A DNA stretch of 52,684 bases from a virus (Duplodnaviria > Caudoviricetes). The stretch spans positions 1-52,684 of the IMG/VR virus record IMGVR_UViG_3300043270_000010; one strand, written 5' to 3'. Every line of letters begins with the position of its first letter. Position 1 is the first letter of the stretch. The notes beneath the pieces are model-generated. The model ran no database searches. It was given only the letters and a program-made list of their open reading frames with translations, and was not told the DNA's origin. The position numbers were made by a program, and so were the translations under genes. Positions 1 to 7,910 of the stretch are shown in pieces.

Positions 1-106
1 CTGCTTCTCGGCGATCGCCTCGCGGTTCGCCTCGTAGTAGGCGCGCTGCTTCTCGGCGATCGCCTCGCGGTTCGCCTCGTAGTAGGCGCGCTTCTTCTCG
101 GCGATC
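1..106. repeat. 45-bp coding tandem repeat (left part, about 2.3 units)
   Basis: Unit gcgcgctgcttctcggcgatcgcctcgcggttcgcctcgtagtag repeated. Confidence 0.95.
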
Positions 107-234
107 CAGGAAGCCACAGCCTCCGGCGACGAACCGCACTCGTCGCACAGGACGCGCGGCCGACCCCGCTTCCGCGGCTGCGTGAACTCGCCCCCGCAGA
201 ACGCGCAAGGATCGCGGCGCAGCGGGGGAGTCAT
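1..234 (-). CDS. N-terminal part of Zn-finger/15-aa tandem-repeat protein (runs off the left end; continues at 52684)
   Basis: ATG at 234 overlaps the upstream stop (ATGA). Translates MTPPLRRDPCAFCGGEF...LCDECG...KKRAYYEANREAIAEKQRAYYEANREAIAEKQ with no stop. Not in the ORF track. Confidence 0.8.
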   Translation of the reverse strand, partial: MTPPLRRDPCAFCGGEFTQPRKRGRPRVLCDECGSSPEAVASWIAEKKRAYYEANREAIAEKQRAYYEANREAIAEKQ

Positions 235-497
235 GACGCACCCTTCCGGCCCGCCTCGTAGGCGGCCGCCACCTGATCCACGAACGCCCGCGCGGCCGCC
301 ATCATGTCGGCGTGCCGCTCCTCGCTGATGACGCCCGTGCCCTCACACTCGTCGCACTCCACGACGCCCATCCACGTCCCAGGCACGCTCCGCGCCTTCA
401 CGAGCGCGATCTCCGCGTCCGTCAGCTGCTCCGCCATCGCCGCGTCGCTGTCGCGGAAGTCGTGCCAGCCCTCCCCGTGGCACGCGAGGCAGATCAT
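231..497 (-). CDS. Small Zn-binding protein with two CxxCxGxG motifs
   Basis: CLACHGEG and CDECEGTG; ATGA coupling to both neighbours. Confidence 0.7.
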   Translation of the reverse strand: MICLACHGEGWHDFRDSDAAMAEQLTDAEIALVKARSVPGTWMGVVECDECEGTGVISEERHADMMAAARAFVDQVAAAYEAGRKGAS

Positions 498-739
498 GAG
501 AGCGTCACGAGCGGCGCAGCCCCCGGCTTCGCCATCTGCTCGTCCGCGCCGCCGCGGACGAGGTAGGTAAGGGTGATCCGGTCGCGCCGCTCGACAGCCC
601 ACGTCTCGGTGCCCGCGCGAACGTAGAACGTGACGCCGTCGCGGTTCGCCTTCTGCGCGTAGCTGAGCGCCGCCCCCAGCGACGGGAGCCGCTTGCCCTC
701 CACGCCCGGCCCGCTGACCTCCACCATGCTCGTGCTCAT
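494..739 (-). CDS. Hypothetical protein
   Basis: MSTSMVEV start after GGAGGAG RBS, overlapping the upstream stop. Confidence 0.65.
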   Translation of the reverse strand: MSTSMVEVSGPGVEGKRLPSLGAALSYAQKANRDGVTFYVRAGTETWAVERRDRITLTYLVRGGADEQMAKPGAAPLVTLS

Positions 740-945
740 GCCGTCTCCTCCTGGCGCCGCGCTGGCGCCGCGTAGTCTAGCAGGTCGTCGGCTGTCCGTC
801 CGCAGCGGTCGCAGCGCCCCTCGTGCTCGCGCGGCTCCCACACGACCTCGCCGCCGCACTCCGGGCACCGAGCGCTCTCCGCGCCGGTCGCCCACCATCC
901 GTTGATGTCGTCCTCCGTCGTGCCCGCCGGGTACCAGCCGCTCAT
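736..945 (-). CDS. Zn-ribbon hypothetical protein
   Basis: CPECGG...CDRCG; RBS and coupled start. Confidence 0.7.
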   Translation of the reverse strand: MSGWYPAGTTEDDINGWWATGAESARCPECGGEVVWEPREHEGRCDRCGRTADDLLDYAAPARRQEETA

Positions 946-1313
946 GCCGCCGCCTCCTCCGCGAGCAGTAGCTCGATCGCGTGAGCGGCTGCCGCGTGCA
1001 GGCTCCGGAAGGCGCGGGCGCCCTGCCGCTCGGGGAACTCGATGCGGACGTCCATCGCGGCGCTGCCGTGCGCCTGCCGGATGATCTCGCAGAGCTGCAC
1101 GTCGGCGGCCTCATCGACGGCCGTGAAGCGGTACAGGCTCGCGCCGCCCATGCCGAAGTAGTCCACGATCCCCAACTCCCCGGCCTCGTAGATGCGGCCG
1201 GTGCGGTTCCAGCCCATCGGCTCCGGGAACCGGCGACCCGCCAGCAGCGCGTACGGCTCCGAGTAGCCCTCCTCCCTGCTACGTCCACTCCGTGTGATTC
1301 TCGCTGCGATCAT
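942..1313 (-). CDS. Hypothetical protein, first gene of early operon 2
   Basis: GAGGAGG RBS; directly downstream of a sigma70-type promoter. Confidence 0.75.
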   Translation of the reverse strand: MIAARITRSGRSREEGYSEPYALLAGRRFPEPMGWNRTGRIYEAGELGIVDYFGMGGASLYRFTAVDEAADVQLCEIIRQAHGSAAMDVRIEFPERQGARAFRSLHAAAAHAIELLLAEEAAA

Positions 1314-1352
1314 CGTCTCCTCCTCGGGAGTCGCCGTCTCTTGGCCCTCCGT

Positions 1353-1381
1353 ACTCTAGCAGGTACCGGGGACTCTGTAAA
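1353..1381 (-). promoter_or_regulatory. Sigma70/SigA-type early promoter
   Basis: TTTACA-17 bp-TAGAGT with extended -10 TG; near-duplicate at 11420-11448. Confidence 0.75.
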
Positions 1382-1389
1382 GCGCAAGC

Positions 1390-1689
1390 TCAGGCTTCGT
1401 TCAGATGCCGCTCGCACTCCCGGCGGCCGTGATCGTACGGATGCCGGTGCCCGCACCGGCGCCGCTGCCGCTCCCCGCCGCGTAGCGTCCTGAGCGCCGC
1501 CTGCAACGTCGGGTGATGGCCCGCGCACACCTGCACGCTCCGGCTCGCGCCGTCGTCCGGGTCTACGTGATGGCGATGCATGACGCCGCGGCAGCCGCCG
1601 ACGGCATCCCCGAACAGGAACGCTACGACGCAGTCGCCGTCACGGGGCAGCTCCCGCCACGCCCGGGTGCTGTACGAGGTCGCACTCAT
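1390..1689 (-). CDS. Small HNH-like/Zn-binding protein
   Basis: C...C..HRHHVDP...VQVCAGHH pattern resembling HNH nucleases. Confidence 0.5.
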   Translation of the reverse strand: MSATSYSTRAWRELPRDGDCVVAFLFGDAVGGCRGVMHRHHVDPDDGASRSVQVCAGHHPTLQAALRTLRGGERQRRRCGHRHPYDHGRRECERHLNEA

Positions 1690-1894
1690 GGTCGGTCACT
1701 GCCGTCAGGGTAGCCAACGCATCGGTCGGAATCGGCGCCGGTTCGCTGAGATGCTCGTCCGGGCAGATCCAGTAGACCCACGTCCAGGCCGGGGTCGCGA
1801 GCGGCCGGTACACGATCAGCGTCATCCGCTGCAGGCACGTCGGGCACGTCGCCGCCGGGCCGCCGTCGCGGTTAAGGGTGAGCGGCACGATCAT
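1640..1894 (-). CDS. Small Cys-containing hypothetical protein
   Basis: MIVPLTL...CPTC...WICPDEH; ATG overlaps the stop of the frame-corrected kinase. Confidence 0.55.
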   Translation of the reverse strand: MIVPLTLNRDGGPAATCPTCLQRMTLIVYRPLATPAWTWVYWICPDEHLSEPAPIPTDALATLTAVTDHECDLVQHPGVAGAAP

Positions 1895-2431
1895 GCGAAC
1901 CGCTTCGCGACCGGGCCACCGCGCCTCCGCAGCTCCGCGGCCGCCTCCTCGATGCTGCCGTCGTTGTTGATGCGGATCGTCCGCTCCGGGTACGTCGCGG
2001 CGAGCCGTGCGGACTTCTCCGCCCGCCCCTTCACCCACCCTTCGTCCTGGGTCGCCCTCGCGGCCGCGGCGTCTCTCCGTCGCTCTCAGCGCCGCACGCA
2101 CCCATGCGAGGCGCAGCTGCCAGCCCGCCTCCAGCGCCGCGTCGAAGAACGTGCTGTTCGCGAGCCGGTCGCCCTCCGCCAGGATGAGCGCGTGATCCTG
2201 CCGCGCCAGCCACTCGATGACGCGAGGCTGCACGCTGTAGCTGAGCGCGTCCGTGCCCGGGTAGCCGCCCCGGCCGCGCGTCCTGCCGAGCTGGATGACG
2301 CCCTCGTCCGGGTAGAACACGTGCGCGAACGGCGTCGCCCGATCGTGGCAGGGGCGCCCGCCCGTGAGCGCCGCCGCCAGCGTGGACTTCCCCGCCCCCG
2401 GCTCCCCGATCAAGTACAGGATCTCCCTCAC
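1891..2431 (-). CDS. P-loop nucleotide kinase of phage DNA-modification clusters; frameshift near 2058
   Basis: Walker A GEPGAGKST, GTDALS, AEGDRL motifs; the expected C-terminal QDEGWVKGRAEK lies in the +1 frame. Confidence 0.75.
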
Positions 2432-3240
2432 GCGAACCGCGCCCGCTCCCACTCCGTCCTCCTCCGCGCCGCCAGCTCGACGCTCTCCGCCCTCGTCTCG
2501 CACCGCCACATCTGCTGCAGGCTGTAGTAGACGACGGTGAAGCGGTAGCCGTTCGGCCTGGTGATGCGGAACGGGCTGACGCCGTGCAGGAGCGCTTGAC
2601 CATCGAACATCAGCAGCGAATGGTCGCGGAGTCGGAACGCGACGTCCAGCTCCGGGCAGACGAGGTTCCCCCCGGCGCACGCCCGCTTGAACACGAGCAT
2701 GTTGCTCCAGAAGCCGGGGAAGTTTCCGCGGTCGAAGTGGTAAGGCAGCTTGTTATTGCGGTTGATGATGCCGCTCGTAAACAGGGTGCCCTCCAACCTC
2801 CACTCCGCCAGCACGGCCCTGACGGCCTGCTCGTGCTTCTCGTATGACTGCGGGTTCCACCGCCGGTACTCCTCCTCCACGACGGCCGCCAGCCCCGCGA
2901 TCGTCGCGTGCGCCTCCGGGTCCTCGCTCGCCAGCTTCGCGTCCCGGCACGTCTCCTGCCCGCGAGCGACGAGCTTCGGCGCGTACCCGAACGTTCGGCT
3001 CGTGCTCAGCATCCCGCTCGCCGTCCTGCCGGCGGTCGCGTACCTGATCCGCTGCAGCGCCGCGACCGCCTCCGGCAGCCGCCGCTCCAACTCGACGTAG
3101 ACGACGCTCGGGAAGTCGGCGCCGTCTACGTACACCATCGTCGGCTCCTCCACGTAGACGGTGACGTGCCGCTCGTCCGCGTACGCGCCCCGGTAGTCGT
3201 CCAGCTCGATCGTCCTCGTCTCAGCTTCCAGCTGCCGCAT
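2428..3240 (-). CDS. TET/JBP-family 2OG-Fe(II) dioxygenase (5-methylpyrimidine oxygenase)
   Basis: FTSGIINRN..LPYHFDRGN (HxD), GGNLVCPE, FDGQALLHGVSP (distal His), RFTVVYY (2OG-binding Arg). Confidence 0.85.
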   Translation of the reverse strand: MRQLEAETRTIELDDYRGAYADERHVTVYVEEPTMVYVDGADFPSVVYVELERRLPEAVAALQRIRYATAGRTASGMLSTSRTFGYAPKLVARGQETCRDAKLASEDPEAHATIAGLAAVVEEEYRRWNPQSYEKHEQAVRAVLAEWRLEGTLFTSGIINRNNKLPYHFDRGNFPGFWSNMLVFKRACAGGNLVCPELDVAFRLRDHSLLMFDGQALLHGVSPFRITRPNGYRFTVVYYSLQQMWRCETRAESVELAARRRTEWERARFA

Positions 3241-3817
3241 CCGTCACCGCCCTCTCCACGACCGCGCTGTACGTGTCGGCCCCCCACTCCTTCATGAGCG
3301 AGTCCATCCGCCCGATCATCGCCTCGTAAGTGTCGCGGTCGTACCGGAGGATCATGCGTAGGCCCAACTGTGACGCCGTCCGCTCCGGCGGCGGCGCTGC
3401 CGCCGCCTCGACGGCCGCCCTCAGCATGACGAGGTCGTCGTCGGTGTAGCCGGTGCCCACGAGGGCAGCCTGCTCCTCCAGCAGCGCCCTCAGCTCCGCG
3501 TTGTCGTAGCCCGCGAGGTCGCTCGTGCGGTTGTCAGCGACGAGGTAGCGCTCGATCTCCTGCTCGTCCAGCAGGTCGCTCCGAACGGCCGCGATGTGCG
3601 TCCATCCGAGCCGCGCGGCCGCCGCCAGCGTGTGGTTCCCCGCGACGACATGACCGGTCGCCGCGATCACGACCGGCCGCTGTTGCCCGAACCGGCGGAG
3701 GCTCTCCACGATCGCGTCCGTGTCGCCCCGGCGCGGGTTCCTCGGGTGAGGCCGTAGCTCCTCGACTGGCACGAGGTAGCGGCGTAACGCCCCGTTCCCG
3801 TCCCACGTCTCCATCAT
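3221..3817 (-). CDS. ParB/Srx N-terminal domain protein
   Basis: LRPHPRNPRRGD..I.ESL..FGQ..PVV...VVAGNHT..AA..LGW and ADNRT motifs. Confidence 0.88.
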   Translation of the reverse strand: MMETWDGNGALRRYLVPVEELRPHPRNPRRGDTDAIVESLRRFGQQRPVVIAATGHVVAGNHTLAAAARLGWTHIAAVRSDLLDEQEIERYLVADNRTSDLAGYDNAELRALLEEQAALVGTGYTDDDLVMLRAAVEAAAAPPPERTASQLGLRMILRYDRDTYEAMIGRMDSLMKEWGADTYSAVVERAVTDAAAGS

Positions 3818-4158
3818 GCCCTGAGAACGTAGCGTCTAAGCCACGCGTCCGCCCGCTCCTCCCCGCCGAGCTTCGCCGCGAGGTACGCAAGCGTGTCCGG
3901 CCGCTCCGCCTCGATGTGCCGGTACAGCGCCTCCAGCGTCGCCCGGTCGCCCTCCTCGACGGCGCCGTGGCATCCGGTCGTGCCGCTACCGCAGAGCATG
4001 ACGAGGTTGCCGTGTACGTCGTCGCGCGGGTGCCGGTGGACGTGGTGAAGGCTGAGGCGGCCCGTGGCGCCGCAGAGCGCGCACTCCCGCCGCTGCCGGT
4101 GCAGCGTCCGCAGGAGCCGCGGGTCGCGCTCGCGCGGCTTCGGCTTCGGGTCGCTCAC
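3814..4158 (-). CDS. HNH endonuclease
   Basis: CALCG...HHV....DDVHGNLVMLCGSGTTGCHG. Confidence 0.8.
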   Translation of the reverse strand: MSDPKPKPRERDPRLLRTLHRQRRECALCGATGRLSLHHVHRHPRDDVHGNLVMLCGSGTTGCHGAVEEGDRATLEALYRHIEAERPDTLAYLAAKLGGEERADAWLRRYVLRA

Positions 4159-4697
4159 GCCTCGACCAGCCTCCCGAGCGCCATCGGATCCGGCCGCCCT
4201 CGGGCCGCGAGTATTGTCTGCACCGTCCCGTCGTCCATCTCCGTCGGCGTCCACACGTACGTCTCCACGCCCGCGATCCGGAGGGCGCTTATCCATTCCT
4301 GCTGCTGCGGCGTCGGCCGGTTCCCGCCGCCCTTCACCTCAACGGCGACGAGCCGGTCACGGACGAGGATCAGGTCCGGGAACCCTTTGCCGTCCGCGGC
4401 GACGGGGACGCGCCAGCCGTGCTCGGTGCGGACGGCGGTGAAGTGCGCGACCCGCCAGCCGTACAGGCGTGCCATCGCGATGATCGCCTTCTGGAACTCG
4501 TTACTGCGGGCGCCACCCATCAGACGATCTCGTCCAGCTTCGCCGCCCCGAGCGGTGCCCTCGCCGCCGCCGGCGGAACCCGTAGGCGCAGACTCCCCGT
4601 CCAAGCCCACGTCGGCTAGGCGCTCCTCGATCTCCTCGACGGCGTACTTGCCCTGCGCCTCGATCGCCCGCCGCGCCCACCCCGGCACGTCCGTCAC
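4155..4697 (-). CDS. VRR-NUC (PD-(D/E)xK) nuclease; alternative start at 4520
   Basis: EFQKAII..A...GW..H, GFPDLILV, VEVK, TPQQQEWI..L. Confidence 0.8.
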   Translation of the reverse strand: MTDVPGWARRAIEAQGKYAVEEIEERLADVGLDGESAPTGSAGGGEGTARGGEAGRDRLMGGARSNEFQKAIIAMARLYGWRVAHFTAVRTEHGWRVPVAADGKGFPDLILVRDRLVAVEVKGGGNRPTPQQQEWISALRIAGVETYVWTPTEMDDGTVQTILAARGRPDPMALGRLVEA

Positions 4698-4701
4698 GAG
4701 G

Positions 4702-5358
4702 TCAGTCCTCCAGTCCGACAGCGGCGGCGAGCCGCGCCATCGCTTCCCTCGACACGAGCCACCCGTCGCCCATCTCCCGGCGGCTCGCCACGAGCGCGCG
4801 GGCCGCTTCCAGCACCGCGTCCGCGCTGAGCGGCGCGTCCTCCGCCAGCAGCGTCGGCCGCTCCTCCCGCCGGATGGCCGCCATCGCCGCCCGCAGCTCC
4901 CTGTAGCCCCACCCGGCCCGCTCCGCCCGCTCCAGCCACCGTTTTTGCTCCCGCGCGGGGAGGCGGTGGACGAGGCCGTGCGCGCTGAACGGCACCGTCG
5001 CCTTGCGGCGGCTCGGCGGTATGCCCCGGCAGATCGCGACGCGCCGTAGGAGCGTCTCCTCCGTCAGCCCCGTGAAGGCGATCGCTTGCGCGTACCGCTC
5101 CCCGTACGTGCCCTCCCCGTACAGGAGCCAGTCTCCGAGCCACCATGAGCAGCTGCGGTTGACCTGCCCGAGCCAGCCGCCGAACTTCTCGTACGCTTCG
5201 TACGGCAGGTCGCCGCCGTCGTCGGGCTGCAGGTCGAGGCTCGTCACGGTCATGCGCCCGCTCGACGCGAGCGTGTCGAGCGCGTGCAGGATGCTGCTCT
5301 CGAGACGGACGAGCTCCCCGGCCTGGTCGGTGAACCGCTCGTCGCTGACGACGGTCAT
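4702..5358 (-). CDS. LmbU-like DNA-binding protein
   Basis: WWLGDWLLYGEGTYGERYAQAI..TGL..ETL, PFSAH, WLERA...GW..RELR. Confidence 0.7.
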   Translation of the reverse strand: MTVVSDERFTDQAGELVRLESSILHALDTLASSGRMTVTSLDLQPDDGGDLPYEAYEKFGGWLGQVNRSCSWWLGDWLLYGEGTYGERYAQAIAFTGLTEETLLRRVAICRGIPPSRRKATVPFSAHGLVHRLPAREQKRWLERAERAGWGYRELRAAMAAIRREERPTLLAEDAPLSADAVLEAARALVASRREMGDGWLVSREAMARLAAAVGLED

Positions 5359-5678
5359 GCCGCCGACCCCTCATTGCGCGGCCGCCCTGCCGCCGCGCTA
5401 CCCGGTCCGGGCGCGAACGCGACGCTGCCCGTCGGCGCGTTCGGCACGGCGGCGGCCGGGTGGATCGCCTCCGCCTCCTCGATGCGCTCCATCGTCAGCG
5501 GCGGCGGCTTCGGCTCCGCCCGCAGCTTCCTGATCGCCGCGAGGTTCCGCTTCGGCACGGCTACGTACCGGCCGGGCGCCTCCCCGCACAGCCGGATCGC
5601 CTGCTCCACGCTGCCCGCCTCGACCTCCCACGTCTCCTCCGCGCTCGGGTTGAGCATCACCACGTACGTCCGCGCCAT
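5355..5678 (-). CDS. Hypothetical protein
   Basis: GGAGGAG RBS before MARTYVV. Confidence 0.65.
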   Translation of the reverse strand: MARTYVVMLNPSAEETWEVEAGSVEQAIRLCGEAPGRYVAVPKRNLAAIRKLRAEPKPPPLTMERIEEAEAIHPAAAVPNAPTGSVAFAPGPGSAAAGRPRNEGSAA

Positions 5679-5701
5679 GTTCTCCTCCTCCGTTCCCGGG
5701 C

Positions 5702-6148
5702 CTACCGGCCTCGGATCGCCTTCGTCAGCGTCTCCCTCTTGATGCCGTAGTCGCGGCTGAGCGCCCGCAGGCTCTCCCCCGCCGCGTGCCGCCGCCGTGC
5801 TTCCGCCACGAGCGCCTCGTCCAGGCCCCCGCCCCTCCTGCGCGGCGACTGCGTCGGCAGCCCGTACCTCGCCGCAAGGTTGAGCAGCACGACGCCGGTG
5901 AGCGTCCCGTCCACGTTCTCCGCGTGGCCGCGCAACGTGTCCCGCAGCTTGACAGGCATCCGCAGCAGCCAGTGGTCGCTGCCGCCGCCCTGGTAGCTGC
6001 TGCTGCTGCGCGTCCACTTCAGCCCGTACCGGGACGCGAGGATCTCCCCGACGACATCGTTGATCGCCATGTCGCGTTCTGCCGCCTCCCGATCGACGGC
6101 CGCCCGGATCTCCTCGGGAACGTCGCGGATGTCGATCGCCGCTCGCAT
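5702..6148 (-). CDS. Transcription regulator, tandem ribbon-helix-helix plus C-terminal HTH
   Basis: IDIRDVPEEIRAAV..EAAE....INDVV..IL and WLLRMPVKLRDTL..HAE; C-terminal GESLRALSRDYGIKRETL. Confidence 0.7.
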   Translation of the reverse strand: MRAAIDIRDVPEEIRAAVDREAAERDMAINDVVGEILASRYGLKWTRSSSSYQGGGSDHWLLRMPVKLRDTLRGHAENVDGTLTGVVLLNLAARYGLPTQSPRRRGGGLDEALVAEARRRHAAGESLRALSRDYGIKRETLTKAIRGR

Positions 6149-6161
6149 GGCCCTACGTAGT

Positions 6162-6845
6162 CTAGCCGGTAGCGTCGAATGCTGCCTCCGCGAACACTCG
6201 CTCCGCCTCCAGGTACAGCGGGTCGTCCATGCCGTTGATCGGCCCCTGCTCCAGCAGTCGAATCGCGTCGGCCTTCTCCTCCTCCGTCGGCGCCGCCAGC
6301 GGCCTGCCCGCCCACCGCGCCGTCATGCGGAACAGGATCGGGCGCGGCCTGATGCGCGCCGACTCGCCCAGCGCGGGCCTCTCCTGCGGCGGGTCGGGAG
6401 AGTCGAGCTGGAGGCGCTGCCGCGGCGTGCCCGCCCCGATGATGCCCAAGATCGTGTCCTCCCTCCGCCGTTCGTACGCCCGCATGAACGCCTGCCTCGT
6501 GCTCGCCGCACGATCGCTATGCAGCAGGTTCCAGGTGCCGCCCAGGTCGCGTACCGCCGCCGCGACCTCCGGCGGCAGCCCGCCGTGCCCGCGCGCCGCG
6601 ACCGCCATGCTCCACGCCTCCTCCGGCGTCGGCAACGCGGCCCGCTCCTCCGCGACCTCCCGCCGGATGTCCGCGATGCTCGGCAGCCACGTGCTCTTGC
6701 GGACGAGCCGGTGGATCGCGTTCGTCACGTCGTCGCCGTCCATGTCCTCCAGCATCGCCGCGTACAGGCTGACGCTCCGATCCGGGAAGTCCTGCCGCGG
6801 GTAGAAGTCGCGGAGCGCCCCCAGCGCCTGCGCCAGCCGCCTCAT
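6162..6845 (-). CDS. Replicative helicase loader/inhibitor-like (G39P-type) protein
   Basis: Directly after the initiator; WLPSIADIR..., PTPEEAW, AVRDLGG.W, RQAFMRAYE. Confidence 0.65.
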   Translation of the reverse strand: MRRLAQALGALRDFYPRQDFPDRSVSLYAAMLEDMDGDDVTNAIHRLVRKSTWLPSIADIRREVAEERAALPTPEEAWSMAVAARGHGGLPPEVAAAVRDLGGTWNLLHSDRAASTRQAFMRAYERRREDTILGIIGAGTPRQRLQLDSPDPPQERPALGESARIRPRPILFRMTARWAGRPLAAPTEEEKADAIRLLEQGPINGMDDPLYLEAERVFAEAAFDATG

Positions 6846-7615
6846 CCCGCCCTCCTCGCGAGCGTCGCCTCCGCTATCGCCGCCGCCCGCTCCGCCGGGC
6901 TGCCTCCGCCGCGGGCCGCGTTCGCCGCCCGCTCGAAGATCGCGTCGTTCGCGTACACGACGCTTGGACTCGGGTCTCCCCTCCACCACGGGTCCGCGAG
7001 TGTCGCCCGGATGATCCGGTCGTGGTCGTCCACCGTCAGCTCCGGGTGCTCCCTGTGGCGCAGTACGATCTTCCGGAGCCACGTCGTCGCGCCGAGCCGC
7101 TGCCCCGTCGCCGCGCACCACGCCGCCAGCACCCGCCGGGCGAATTCGTCCTCCTCGTCCGTGACGACCCTCCCGTCCGCCTTCCAGCCGCGCCGCGTAA
7201 CGATCGCTACCTGCGTTGAAGCGTTAGCTTCAACGCTTTCCTGGTTCAGAACTTCCTGGTTCAGCGAGACGCCTGCCGTCCCTGGTCTAGAGACGCCTGC
7301 CGTCCCTGGCAGGCCGTCTCCCGTCTCTACGTCGTCGGCCTGGACGACGTGCGGGAACACGTACTCGTAGGTTCCGAGGCTCCCGTCCTGCCGCCTGCGC
7401 CGCCTGCGCTCGATCAGCCCCGCCGCCGTCAGATCGGCGAGCGCGTTCTTCACGGCCGTCGGCCCGAACTCCGTCTCCTCGCAGATGCGGCGGACGCTCG
7501 GGTGGCAGCGGCCCGTGTGATAGTTCGCCGCGTTCGCGATCGACAGCAGCACCGCCTTCCTCGTCGGGCTGCCCGTCCGCTGCTCCGCCGCCCACGCCAT
7601 CAGCTGGTAGCTCAT
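6842..7615 (-). CDS. Replication initiator with N-terminal winged HTH
   Basis: MSYQLMAWA...KAVLL.IAN.A....G.CHPSVRRI.EET...L..L...GLI.R; internal DNA repeats. Confidence 0.8.
   Translation of the reverse strand: MSYQLMAWAAEQRTGSPTRKAVLLSIANAANYHTGRCHPSVRRICEETEFGPTAVKNALADLTAAGLIERRRRRRQDGSLGTYEYVFPHVVQADDVETGDGLPGTAGVSRPGTAGVSLNQEVLNQESVEANASTQVAIVTRRGWKADGRVVTDEEDEFARRVLAAWCAATGQRLGATTWLRKIVLRHREHPELTVDDHDRIIRATLADPWWRGDPSPSVVYANDAIFERAANAARGGGSPAERAAAIAEATLARRAG
7213..7309. other. Putative replication origin inside the initiator gene
   Basis: Perfect 10-bp inverted repeat 7213-7236, 2x ttcctggttcag, 2x 20-bp gagacgcctgccgtccctgg; locally AT-richer. Confidence 0.55.
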
Positions 7616-7676
7616 GACGTCCGCCGCCCGCTGCTACGCTCCATATCGATCCTCCTGGCTCGGGGGTGATCGTCGT

Positions 7677-7910
7677 CTAGGGGGCGTTCCTGCGGAGCGC
7701 CCCCTTCCGCTTCTCAGGCCGCGCAAGTATGCCTGCGTACTCCGGTATGTCCCGGACCCGGGGCGCCCCCAGCGTCTCCCTTAGCGTCCGCTGCAGATCG
7801 CGTGCCGTGTAGTAGCCGACGCCGAGCGCTTCCGCGACGCCCTCCGTGTCCTCGCCCTCCGCGAGCAGCTCCACGATCCGCTGCTGCCGCTCCGTCAGTC
7901 GCCTCTCCAT
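7677..7910 (-). CDS. LuxR/sigma-4-like HTH protein
   Basis: LTERQQRIVELLAEG....GVAEALGV...T. Confidence 0.75.
   Translation of the reverse strand: MERRLTERQQRIVELLAEGEDTEGVAEALGVGYYTARDLQRTLRETLGAPRVRDIPEYAGILARPEKRKGALRRNAP

Noticed and set aside
1640-2680. 346-aa kinase ORF as given in the ORF track
   Set aside because: N-terminus overlaps the TET gene and the C-terminus comes from a frameshift; better read as kinase 1891-2431 plus a separate 1640-1894 gene
3221-3817. ParB as part of a plasmid-prophage ParABS partition system
   Set aside because: No ParA and no ParB HTH visible; coupling to TET/JBP fits the DNA-modification-associated ParB-N class better
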